Program-made: the position numbers and the translations under genes
NCBI RefSeq assembly: GCF_000143415.4
Contig: NW_003314396.1
Coordinates: forward strand, 109,994 to 173,993
DNA length: 64,000 nucleotides
Direction: 5' to 3'
DNA from: Selaginella moellendorffii
Taxonomy: Eukaryota > Plantae > Lycopodiophyta
The notes under the pieces: model-generated
Databases searched by the model: none
Seen by the model: only the letters and a program-made list of their open reading frames with translations
What the model was told of the DNA's origin: nothing
In this document: positions 12,365 to 23,900 of the stretch, one piece after another
Layout of the letters: every line of letters begins with the position of its first letter
Position numbering within the stretch: the stretch's first letter is position 1

Positions 12365-15300
12365 AGGACTCCATCTCAATCCATCTCGGACTCCATCTCG
12401 GGTCCATCTCGGAATCCATCTCGGGTCCATCTTGGACTACATCTCGGACTTAGCCACATGTTATGTGTTGGTCCTCTTGTGTCCCTTTTCTAAAGACTCA
12501 CTCATTGCTTGCTTTGTGCTTGTTCCTCGAACACTTCATTGGGAGTTCCACTCCCGCTCTCAATCTTTCAAGTCAGAGTTTTTAGTCCAAATGTGTTACG
12601 TTTGTTTGGCTTTCGCTTCAGCCACTACCACGTGGCACCCTTTCAGCTCCACTTTGAGGCCTAGGGATTTTGTGTCTCACAATTCCACCACCCATAGACG
12701 AAGTTTGATGTCCTCATCGAACGATAAACCATTTTATAAAGTAATACCAACGTGTATTACTCTTCCCATTCTTGACACCCCGCCAATATTCGTCAATGGT
12801 TTGATACCGAAGGCTCACCATGCCTTACCCATCCTCTAAGGAGGATAGTCTCTCCAACTTAGAGACTGATTGGACCACTTGTAGTGGTTCTCTCCTTTTA
12901 TTGGTTTAGTTCTCATTAAACCTGTTAGAAACACCGTCTCTATCTCAATCCCATGACTCCTTCTTGAGTAGTCTCTGTTTCCATCGATATAACATTTGCA
13001 CTTTGGAACTTTTACTTTTGACTTCTTGAAGTCAATTTTCTAGGTGTCTCCGACACCTTGCATTGCACATATTGTGCAACTCCACTTCCCCACCCTAGGA
13101 AGTTTTCAACTTGAGGGCATCATCATCCTCTTTTCTATTTCGTAATTTCTTAGGCACTAAATTCCAGTTATCATAATTTGTGCTAGGGTTATCCATGGCC
13201 TTATCATTTGGCTACCTTACCGCTCCCTCCCTTGGAGCTTCCACTTTCCCCAAATCGGAGCAATTGGGAATCCATCCTTGGAAACATCTTGCCTTTCCCA
13301 CAATTCGTTAACCCCCAACACATTAGTGTTCTTGGCTTAACTTTGCATTTTGGATTCTTTCCCATTGTTCCCATGGCTCTTTTTTTAGCCATTAGTCTTT
13401 TGCTCCTATCCTTGATTGTTGCACCCAGCAACATAGGATCGCTACCCCCATTTTCAAGGTATCCTTTTGGTTCTTTAACAAACACTTTGCTTTGCCAAGT
13501 CCAAAGGGTGTTCACCCTTAGTATGTCTCTTTAACATTTCCTGCTGTAGGCTCTATCCACAGCCCAACTTTTGAGACCCTCCCTTGGATCTCTTATAGAG
13601 ACTACTTTCCTCAGACTTACTATGCCATCGCATTGATATAACTCATTTCTCTGAGGTGTTTTTCCCACTTGGTCACCTTATCCAAGCCACACCATCATCA
13701 ATAGTTTAAATCAACACTCTTAAACTAGGAACTTTATCCCTTAACCTCACAAGGACCTTGTCCTTGTTTAAGCCATAAGACCACCTAGTGATCTAACCTT
13801 GGCACTTAACAAGTTTGTCAATAGGTACTAGGTCTTCCAAGCCTTTAAGCTGTTGACCATGACCCCGAGGACATCTCCATACTTGGTAATGCACCCAAGA
13901 TAGCCTTTCTGGCCAAGGGTCCATGGCAACTAAGACTGGGTATCCTCATCTAATTCACCACGTCCTTGGTGCCACTTGCACCAAAGTGTTCAAGTTAGAT
14001 ATGCCGAGCTTTCACACTAAGCAATCTAACCGTGTATCACGACTTCGAGGCATCCCCCATTTGGCGGTGTGCCCAAGCTAGTCTCCTTACTAAAAGTCCA
14101 TGATCACCGAAAAATGAGTGTCCTCATATTCCAAACTATCACCTCGCCCTAGTGAGTTGGGACTCGAACCCAAACACTAGAGGATAGCTTTGCACTTGCT
14201 TTGCACTGGAGGATAGCTTTGCACTTTCTACCATGCCTTAGCAAGTATTCATAGGGATGAACCTACTCAATAGCCTCGGGAGTGGTTCCTTAATCTAGGT
14301 ATGCTCACCTTGTAATCCCATACACCGGGATTAACGTTGCTGCTCATGGGCCTTTATATGCCCATCATTAGCCTTGCCAAAATCCCTTTTTGGCTTTGTC
14401 TAATTCAGGTAGAGAGATTTCTCCCGTCTTTACAACCTTGGACGTTTGGATAGCACATTCTATCCATCATTCGCTAGGGACTTTGTCCCTTGGGCCTTAT
14501 CTATTGCCCTCGCAACACTAAACACCACCTTTTGGTGTTCTAGAGTGTTTGCGTGTCTCAATGATGGCCACCTTGACAATGAACATTTCCTTTTACGACA
14601 TTGATTTACTATATCGCAACATAAGCAATTTATCCTCGATAAGGGTATATTTAACTTCTTTATGCCATTAAAAAGTCTTGGATAACTACCTTCTACCTGT
14701 TTAACCAATTACCTACACCTCTTGCTTAGTTGCCTCATAGTTGTCAAGTTTTACAACTCATTGCTAGTGCTTCCACACCTCCATCATTATCTGGGTCACC
14801 ACACTCTACCACATGCCTTCCAGCTTAGGCTATGCCATTCCCATTTCCATTAGAATTCCCTTGGCAAGGGGTTCTCATGAACCCATCAACATAATCTCAA
14901 GGTATCACATCTTGGCCCATTTGGGTGTCTCCACACCATCGGCTCCATGAGTTTGCATTTATGACACTTTGCACTTGTGTCTAGGTAGGTCTTTACCAAG
15001 ACTAACTTAGTTGTTTCTCATGCCAACTATTTGTTAGCACTACACCATAGTATTTACATACAACTCTGCACCAAAGTTGCTTCTTCTGGGAACACCTTTC
15101 CCACGACTTTAGTATGGCACATTCTGCCACCCATGAGATACCCATTGTTCTCATACTTGGATCTTATAATCCTCCCCATCCATCGCGGGGCACAACACAT
15201 GTTAGTCCAAAAGCTTCCATCAGTCCTTTAGGACCATTTTTTGACTCCAGTTAAGTCATTCAACCTTTTGGACCTTTCCTAATCCCCGACCTATAAGGTC

Positions 15301-17602
15301 TTACTTTTGAGATGTTAGCTCATTAGAATACAACTTCTTGTATTCATGTCCTACTCACCAAGACCACCATCATAAGTGTTATTCCAACACTTGACTATTT
15401 TTTGATAATTGTGGGCTACCTTCACCCGTTAGGATTATTCGTCCATATGATGAGAATATCGATTCATCCTCTAAGCACACCCCCAACTCCTGGGGTTGTT
15501 CCAGCAATTATTCAAGGTAGCCCAGCTACTATTCCAAGGACTTATGTCCTCATCCGTATTTAACCTCCTACAGTTATTCATTCTGGTCTCAAATTCATGA
15601 GCACTAGCCTCAACTTCATGAGGGTAATTTTGTGACACCTTTATCGTTTTGGAGTCTCTATCTTTCACGTGATCCCAACTATAGTTGTTTACCACAATTA
15701 CATTAGTTAGTTTGTTGAGTCAAACGCTTATCTGGATCACATCCTCAACTCAATGAGGAAAACCTTGCACTGTTCCCAAGATCCCAAAGTCGTTCTATTT
15801 TTGGCCCTTTTCTATCCACCACCTCGTCTACAAGTTCACACATAAACTGTAATGGAGAGTCTTGTCATCCCGACCTGCTACTCATCAAGGATAGGCCCAC
15901 TCCTCGGACCTTCTGATGCCAACACCAGTGGTGATATACTTGAGCACTAATAAAAGTCAGACTAAGGAACAACTCTGATACCAAGTTGTAAGTGACTAAA
16001 TTTTCCATTCTACTTTAGTCACTTAACCACACCTCCGACCACTTGGAGGAGTCTCACTTACAACCTCCATGAGTCCTATTTTGGACTTAGGGACTTGTTA
16101 ACCCCAAGAATGGCATCCATGCCACTCAACCATTGCACTTGGTCCAAGTGCTCCACATATTCGATCCCATGACCGACACCCCAAGGTACTACCAACATAT
16201 CAGCCCGTTACACTAAGGCCATGCCTATTCACCTTGGTCATACCGGTGGCTTGACACCACCTACATCACAGTCCCGTCTCTCAAAGACTGCGCCATCCAT
16301 CCATGAGTGATCATCCCAGATCCACTCCTTAGCATCCTTAGGATGCCCACAGACATGAGGAATAGGCTTCCCCAATATCTCTTTTTTGGTCCCCACCAAG
16401 TCCCTTCCTGTCCATGGCTGTGTTTGCCAACACTGCCACTGGATCAAAGCCAACAGGCCCGACCTCTAAGTCCCACTGTCCTTTGGGATTTCCTCACCAT
16501 GTGACCATATCCTTGGTCACTGCACTAGAGGAATGCTCCTCTTCCTTTTCACTGTTTGGGACTTTGGGACAACATTTTAGAACACCATGGCCTTACACGA
16601 GCCTGATGGGTACTCTCCCCACCTTCTACCTTTGGGTGCTCTAGCCATGGACTTAGAGGGAGGTTCTATTGAGCCACACCAGGTATCCAAGTAGGTAGTG
16701 CCACCCACACTTGGTCTGGGAGCATCGGCTAGTCAATCTCCTGGGGGAACTAGAGCCAGCTCTTGAACACTTCACTAAGCTACCCCGCTTGTCGGTCCGT
16801 ATTCACTTTAGTCTTGGACTTCCCAGTGGGTAGCTCATCACCCAACACTGGGTACAGCCTTTCTAGGCCAAACTTGCTCCACTACAGTCCTCCCTGTTAC
16901 TATACTTTTAGAGCTCACCAAACCCCCTAGGGTCTAGGAGACAAACGCTTTGGGCTTTCACCCTCTCAAACTCGGACTCGGACTCAGACTCGGATTCGGA
17001 TTCAGACTCGGACTTGGGCTCAGGCTTGGTCTCGGACTCGGGCTCGAGCTTGGTCTTGGACTCAGCCTTGATCTCAGTCTCGGTCCCGATCTCAGTCTCA
17101 GTCTTGGCCCCGGTCGCGGTCTTGGTCCGGTCTTGGTCTCGGTCCCGGCCTCGGTCTTGGTCTCAGCCTCGGTCTCGGTCTCGGTCCTGGTCTTCGTCTC
17201 AACCTTGGACTCCATTTTGGGTCCTTCTCAGACTCCATCTCAGTCCATCTCGGACTCCATCTTGGGTCCATCTTGGACTCCATCTCGGACTCCATCTCGA
17301 TCTATCTCGGACTCCATTTCGGGTCCATCTTGGACTCCATTTTGGGTCCATATCAGACTCTATCTTGGACTCAGCCACGTGTCATGTGTTGGTCCTCTTG
17401 TGTCCCTGTTCTAGAGACTCACTCATTGCTTGCTTTGTGCTTGTTCCTCGAACACTTCGTTGGGAGTTCCACTCCCGCTCTCAATCTTTCAAGTCGGAAC
17501 TTTTAGTCCAAATGTGTTACGTTTGTTTGGCTTTCGCTTCGGCCACCACCACGTGGCACCCTTTCGGCTCCACTTTGGTGCCTAGGGATTTTGTGTCTCA
17601 CA

Positions 17603-18763
17603 ATGGAATGGCGCTAAATTGCAAATTTGAATACGGGCAAACACCATTGTGTTTAGGGCAATCTTTACATTCTGTAGATATGCCAAATGAGCAAATCTAG
17701 ACACTTTCCATAAATAGCTTTTGGGACCGAAATGAGACTAACACAAAAGGCATGATAGCGAGGGTGTTAGGTAGACATGGTAAGATATCATCTAGCAAAT
17801 ATTGAGGGATTAATCTCAATATCGCGGGGGTTCCCAACACTAGCAAGTGCAAGTCAACGAATGAGTTTCTCTAACTAGGTGAAGTATGCTTGACTAAATA
17901 GACACTTAGGAATTCCTTCCTTATGCTCATTTGGTCAAGTGCACACGCGAGGACTAGTTTCTCAACTAGCTTAGGCGGAGACTGATAACAGGTCCAGCAA
18001 TATTAAGGGTAGTGAGAGTTCTTTACACGGTCACACCCTTTGAACGGAATAAGGAACATCAACAGAGAGGCGGGTGATGTGACTAATTAATAATAGCTAC
18101 CTCATGACTAGAGATTTCACCATGCACACGAAGTGTCGAAGCTAGTCTGCCTGTACTGGCCCAAACTCAAAGATAAATAGATGAACAATATTAAAGTCAT
18201 AGACAATGATATTGAAGAGACTTAATTATCAGTGATTAAATCTTATATTAGAACATAAAAGTATTCCAAGTAAGTTATCATCTGATATACCAATATTAAA
18301 GTATAGGAACCACCAAGATCACTATCATTGGAAAACATAGGATTCACCATCGAACAAAATTCAATAGCCAAACTATCATCAAGAAAACTCAATGATAAAA
18401 CTTAACTATCAAAGATTACAAACAGTATGCTAAATAATTTACGAAAGAGAATTCAAAGAACACAAAGTATCATTGACTAACAAGTAAAATACTCGCGAAT
18501 GTATCACTCAAAGGAGATAACATCCCAATCTACCAGAACTAACTTAAGCAATAATCAACAGAACTGAATGAATGCGGTAAGACCAACAAACACTTATTTA
18601 TGCCAACTATTACATGAGCCAATCTGAATAGATCCCGGTCAATAATGATAAGGAACCAGAGTTGCTCAAGCAAGCATCAGCAATATCCTATTGATGTCTC
18701 AAACCCAAAAGACCAATCCAATCCAAACCACAAAGAACATATGGTAATGCAAAAAGCTATAAG
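17603..18763 (-). mobile_element. Family B-related fragment (part of LTR plus internal region), cut by the DNA transposon end
   Basis: 17603-18001 aligns with ~4768-5170; 18291-18763 aligns with ~54690-55153. Confidence 0.8.
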
Positions 18764-18787
18764 AAGCTCTATTTCGTTAAAGTGGGA
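18764..18787 (+). repeat. Left TIR AAGCTCTATTTCGTTAAAGTGGGA
   Basis: Inverted match to 39902-39925 and to 215-238. Confidence 0.92.
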
Positions 18788-19205
18788 ATTGTCATTATCC
18801 CACTTGTAAAATAAGGTTTCCAAACCTTTATATAGTATATAAATATAACAAAATTCAACTGCATTGAGGCACATGCCATTTTATTTTAAACAAGGAAATG
18901 TCTACTCAATCACTTCTCCTCCCCCTGCCACTGCTTCACCTTTCTCTTCTCCTTGTCATCGTCGTCCAATTTCTTTCCATCCTTTTAATATTGGCTCAGT
19001 TGCTCCGAGTCTAGGTGGAGCCCAAGTCCCCATTCAATCTTTACTTTCCCCTTATTAATAAAACAACTTTGTAGACTTCCAATAACATGCTGTAACACTT
19101 TTAGTATAATGCAAATCCTCTCAAAGAATTGTCTTTTAATATTAATACAATGGCATGGAACCCCATGCCATAATAAGTTACATTTTTAAATAAATACATG
19201 CCATC

Positions 19206-20090
19206 TCAGACTGTTATTTTTTGCCTCCAACGCCTATACAATAATCTTGGAATTTCATCACTCTCCACACTATCAGGATTTAAACCCAATAATAATGCCA
19301 TCTCTTTTCTAATACGTCCACACTCATGTTCAGTGGTCGAAGAACCCATCTGGTTGAGCAGATTATGGAGATGCGGATAGTGCTTGGCTAGACAATATAC
19401 ATGCCATAAATGATGACTAGTGTCCATCCGATCAAATGGCTTCTGATATACCGTTCTATCTGCCATTTGGTTGATTTCTGCAGCCACCTCCTGGACTGGC
19501 CGATTCTCTATCACTATCGCTCCAAGCCATTTTGCAAGGTCCCCCAGAACATACGGTTTCTTCTCCCTAGTTTCCATACTGCAAGAGATGGGGTGCACTG
19601 CATATGTGTGCGTGTTCGCTACAGTTTTAATCGGCGAGTCATCGATGATGAGGATTTCACTTGACCTAGCAGTCTGGTTCATCACTACAGCCTCTGGCTT
19701 GACGAAGATGGGCTTGCTACCCCTCACATGGACCATAGTCAAGCAATCCTCCTGCGTTAGGAGAAAGTCAAATGGTAATATTACTCGCGTCTGATCGTGC
19801 ATCATCTGTAGCAACGTTAATGCATTGTGGCGCATCATGGATGTCCAAACTCCCAATTGCAAATTGAACCCGGCCCTCTGTTTTAAGTGTCGCATGGTCA
19901 TTATTAGATCCCGCAGTTTCTCCCGTGTGATTAATGTGAATCTGTCTCTTTTGACCAACTTGCGACCGCAGGCTTTGGAGGGTGCAGTGACATTCGAGGA
20001 CGAGCCACGCTCATGGGAGAAAAGGACACCGTTCAGATCAAAAACGATACAGTACCTTCGCCGTGACTCTGAAATGAAATGCGTCAGCAT
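19206..20090 (-). CDS. FCP1/NIF-type HAD-superfamily phosphatase-like domain (C-terminal part of cargo gene or a separate ORF)
   Basis: HAD motif I variant IVFDLNGVL, motif II GVWTS, conserved K (IFVKP), motif IV LIIDDSPIK. Confidence 0.8.
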   Translation of the reverse strand: MLTHFISESRRRYCIVFDLNGVLFSHERGSSSNVTAPSKACGRKLVKRDRFTLITREKLRDLIMTMRHLKQRAGFNLQLGVWTSMMRHNALTLLQMMHDQTRVILPFDFLLTQEDCLTMVHVRGSKPIFVKPEAVVMNQTARSSEILIIDDSPIKTVANTHTYAVHPISCSMETREKKPYVLGDLAKWLGAIVIENRPVQEVAAEINQMADRTVYQKPFDRMDTSHHLWHVYCLAKHYPHLHNLLNQMGSSTTEHECGRIRKEMALLLGLNPDSVESDEIPRLLYRRWRQKITV

Positions 20091-23000
20091 AAAAAATGGT
20101 ACAAGTCAATTTTACCATCTACAATATTAGCGAATGGTGCTCCCGATGGTCGTTGAGAGGGTTTTGGTCGAGGAAACATGAAGGGCGGAAATACTCTCCT
20201 CTGCAATGTGGGGTCAATCGCATCCGATGGCGTGTGGGCACATGCCATTTCAGCTGTAGACTCTGGTACAACTGGCTCAACAGTGGCATGGGGTGGTTCC
20301 GATGGCGTGTGATCACACGCCATTTCAGCTGGTGCCTCTGTTGGCAAAGTGGACATGACCGAACAGGCAGCAGGGGCAGTGTAGGGAGGTTCCAACGGCG
20401 CTTAGTCAGACGATTGGGCACACGTTGAGTCCGTTGGAAATGAGGATACGACCAGCTCGGCGGCTGGGGCGGCCTCATGCGGGTCCAATGGCGCCTGGTC
20501 ACCGTCAGTTGGATACGTGGACAAGATTGACTCAGTGGTATGGGCAGCATCAAGTGGAGCGTGGTCAGCTTGCTTGGCGTTGATATGGATAGTAGCCTCC
20601 ACCAGCTCTGATGACTCTTGCAGGCAAGTAGAGTCCACTGGCGGATCCATATGCATGTCCAAATATCTCCCTTCGATTGAGATGGTATCCTCCCGTGCTA
20701 CTAAAAACAAACTCATTAGCACATTGAATCGACTATACTGTATTTACCATCAACTGCTATTGAGGAACTAGGACCGATATCACTTGGGCGCACTGCTGAT
20801 TCTGAAGGATTGGACATACGTTTCGACCCTTGCTTGACTATCCTTCCTCGACACTAAAGGCTAGAGTTTGTAAATTCAACTGAATAATCTCTACTTACCA
20901 TTTGCTCTGCGACCTACATGGACAATGTTAGAAATGGTAAAAGGTTAGGAATGGATGTACTATTATTTACCTGATGGTTTGTCTTGTATGACCTTCCTCT
21001 GCTGCTCTTTGGCCACCTCAGGCTGGCCATCGTCGTCATCATCGTCGTCGTCGTTATTGTGATCGTCACCATTGTGAGGACCATCCAAGTCCTCTTTGTC
21101 CTCCTCTTCTTTGTCCTCCTCTTCGTCCTTCTGCTCTTCCTGCTCATTATCTTTCTCTGGCTCCTCATCCCCCTCCTGCATTTCTTCCATAGGCTGCTCA
21201 GGCTGGATGGCTTGTTCTTCCAGGACCATCTTGGGAAAATCATCTGGCCGAGTCTCCATCTCAAAATACAAGAAATCCATAGCCTGTTTTAGTGCATGAC
21301 CTAGGACCGTATCCTCACCCGACTGTCTTAACATGGTTTTTGCACGTTCTTGCACCCTTCGAAGAGGGCGAGATGAGAAAAACGTGGCTCTGACTTGAAA
21401 AGCATCCCTCATCCATTGTACCTCTCCATTGAGATTGGGGAAGGGGAGTCCGCCATAGGAATCTGAGTCAGGAGGTGGTGACTGCCTGCTTTCACTCAGC
21501 CCTTGATCTGCAACGAATGGCATGAGCACACACGCCATAACCGCGAGGCATTACCTATCATCTTTTCGTTGCCCTTCTTCCTTTTCGAATCAAACGCCTC
21601 TGATCCCAACGACTGTCCAACGTGCTTTCGCTTTTTATGACCACTGTCAGTTTGAGCTTGGCTGGTGCTTGCCTGTTTTGCCTTTGAAGAAGTGTCTCCT
21701 GCAAGGAATGACATGAGACCACACGCCATTGCAAATATAATTTGTACCTCCTTTTTTCCTATTGCTTGTCTGTTTGTCCTTCTTCGACGCGCCACCAGTG
21801 TGCTTTTCAGTCCTTGTGTCTGAATATTCACAATGATCTATAATCAAAATGGCGTGAGGCCTCACGTGACCTTACCTTGTGCAGGTTGTGAGCTCGGCCC
21901 AACATGGGTATCTTCAACAGTAGCTGTTAACGCCGTTTCAGTATCTGGGGGTGGCCACGCTCCTGCATACAGAGCTTGTGAGATAACATTTAAACTTAAA
22001 GTGCATACTCACCAGGTTCGCAGAGAAGATACTGTTTTTCTTTGGCAACTGTAATTATATGCTCCATTGAAGTCACCTCTTCAATGGAGTTTGTCACCGC
22101 AACACACGGGACACCCTTGAGTAGTGCGGCTTGAAAGAATAGTCCACCGCAATTGTACTCGACAACGTATTTGCCCTTGGAGTCGGAAGCAGGTGACCCA
22201 CCCGCTATTGCGTTGAAGACCCAGCTGAGCATTTCCCATGCTGCACCTGGAGCTTTCTTTGGATTCGAAAGCTCCATAGCCGTCTTCAGTTCCTTAGGCA
22301 CGGGTAAATTGACCTCCCTCAGATCAATTCGATCGGCCTTGTCGAACGAAGCTGGGAAGTCACTCCAGTCCCACTCTGCTACAGGACCAATAACAAGGGT
22401 GAGTGTGAAGATGCGGACATTCGTCGGTATCTTCTTCTTAGCCATTATCCCATGGATCTCCCGCATCTCCTTGCCTTTCAACCGAGCCTTCACCTCGTTC
22501 AAGGCCTTCCAGAACTTGTGATAGGATTCAGAGTCGTAGATCATATAGTGGACTGAAGATTCCACCTCCGCAAGTCCCACCATTAAGTCAATGATGGAGC
22601 TGACTTCGTCTGCATGAGTGATCTCCTCGTTTGTGAAGTCCATCACACAAAAGATGTTCTTGACCTGCTCATCTCTGCGGGAAACGATGCTCCTCCACCT
22701 TTGATCCTCATCCAAATTCAAGTATACCAGTAAGATTCTCGATAGGCCTCTGCTGCGGGGTCGAGCTGTTTCTAAAGCCGGCGGTCGACATCCCTCTTAA
22801 TGAAATTTGGATACTGATCCAACTTCTCAGCTTTACTTTTCGTGGCATCCCGCAGCAGATCGATGAACTTGGGGGCCCCCTTCATGTACTCGTCGATGTC
22901 TTCATTTGACAAATCCAGCGCTTCCATCATCTCTTGCGTGGTGTCGATGCTCACCCTCTCCATGGCCACTTGCTCGAAGATCCAATCCTTCAATAGCGCA

Positions 23001-23514
23001 CGAGCTCTCAGAGTCGTGCACAAGTCCTCGTATGTCACAATATGGCCGGGAGTCATTTTGGTCTTGTTGAAGACTACCTCACCACGTAGAAAAGCATTAG
23101 CCACTGTCAGAAGGTCGTCGTCGTCTAGAGACCGCAAGAAACGCAAGGTGTTGAGCTTCAAATCATTGGGCTTGCGGCCGTCCTCCACACCCATTGAGTT
23201 TAGTAACTCCCCGTCATGGTACCTCCTCAGCACATCTACCCATTTGTCCAAAACAACTTTTGTCGCGAGTAGAATGTTATGGATGATGAGTGTGTCATTG
23301 ACCCCCAGTGTTTTCGAGAGAAGACTCGAGAATTCCTGCAATGGAAATGGCGTGAGGCCACATGCTATGCCACATGCAACGAGGCTTACCTGCCAGGCGC
23401 TAGTTGCTAGTGCACGTCCTTGTCCTGGTTTTTGTGGCTTCTTCAGTTGAACCCAGAGCTTCCATGTTCGTGCCAATGTCTCGTGCAGACCCGATTTGTA
23501 GCACGTTTCTTGCT

Positions 23515-23900
23515 TGACATTCTGCGCGTGGGAGATGTATATGATAGATCGGAGGGGCGAGTTGCCTTTTATCAGGCGGACAATGCTTGTCTTGAAGACT
23601 TTCTTCACCTCCTCACCCACCATAATATCCACAACTATCTCTTGCATCGCCAAGCTAGAATGCTGCCCGGAGACGGCATAGAACCGGATGTTCTGATCGT
23701 CCAACACCTTCCTATTGATCAAATTTGGAAACCTCATCTCGCCCTTCATTTTTTGGTAGTAGGGGATCACGTCTGCGATGTCGGGTGTTACTGGACTTGC
23801 CAGCATCTTCTGCTTCAATTTCTCCACCCACTCATCAGATACTAGCCTGTGGTTGTATTTGCTTTGGATGTCGATATGGCTCACGTCGATTGTATATACT
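23515..23900 (-). CDS. ParB/sulfiredoxin-like domain within cargo gene
   Basis: Pattern IDVSHI...HRLVSDEWVEKLKQKM...ADVIP...FYAVSGQHSSLAM...IVRLI...ISHAQN follows the ParB/Srx motif order (GxHR-like = GQHS; EN-like = QN). Recognised by eye. Confidence 0.6.

Larger units (their letters stand above)
7463..17602 (-). mobile_element. Family C LTR element, apparently non-autonomous; 5' LTR 15987-17602, PBS 15973-15983, PPT ~12682-12698, 3' LTR split into 7463-~8505 and ~12365-12681
   Basis: LTR ends TGTGAG...CTTACA on the minus strand; PBS TGGTATCAGAG (tRNA-iMet); PPT matches that of family A; internal region lacks recognisable gag/pol ORFs; no TSD found. Confidence 0.75.

Noticed and set aside
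7458-17607. TSD for the family C element
   Set aside because: The flanks GAAAG and ATGGA differ, and the right flank belongs to a family B LTR fragment.
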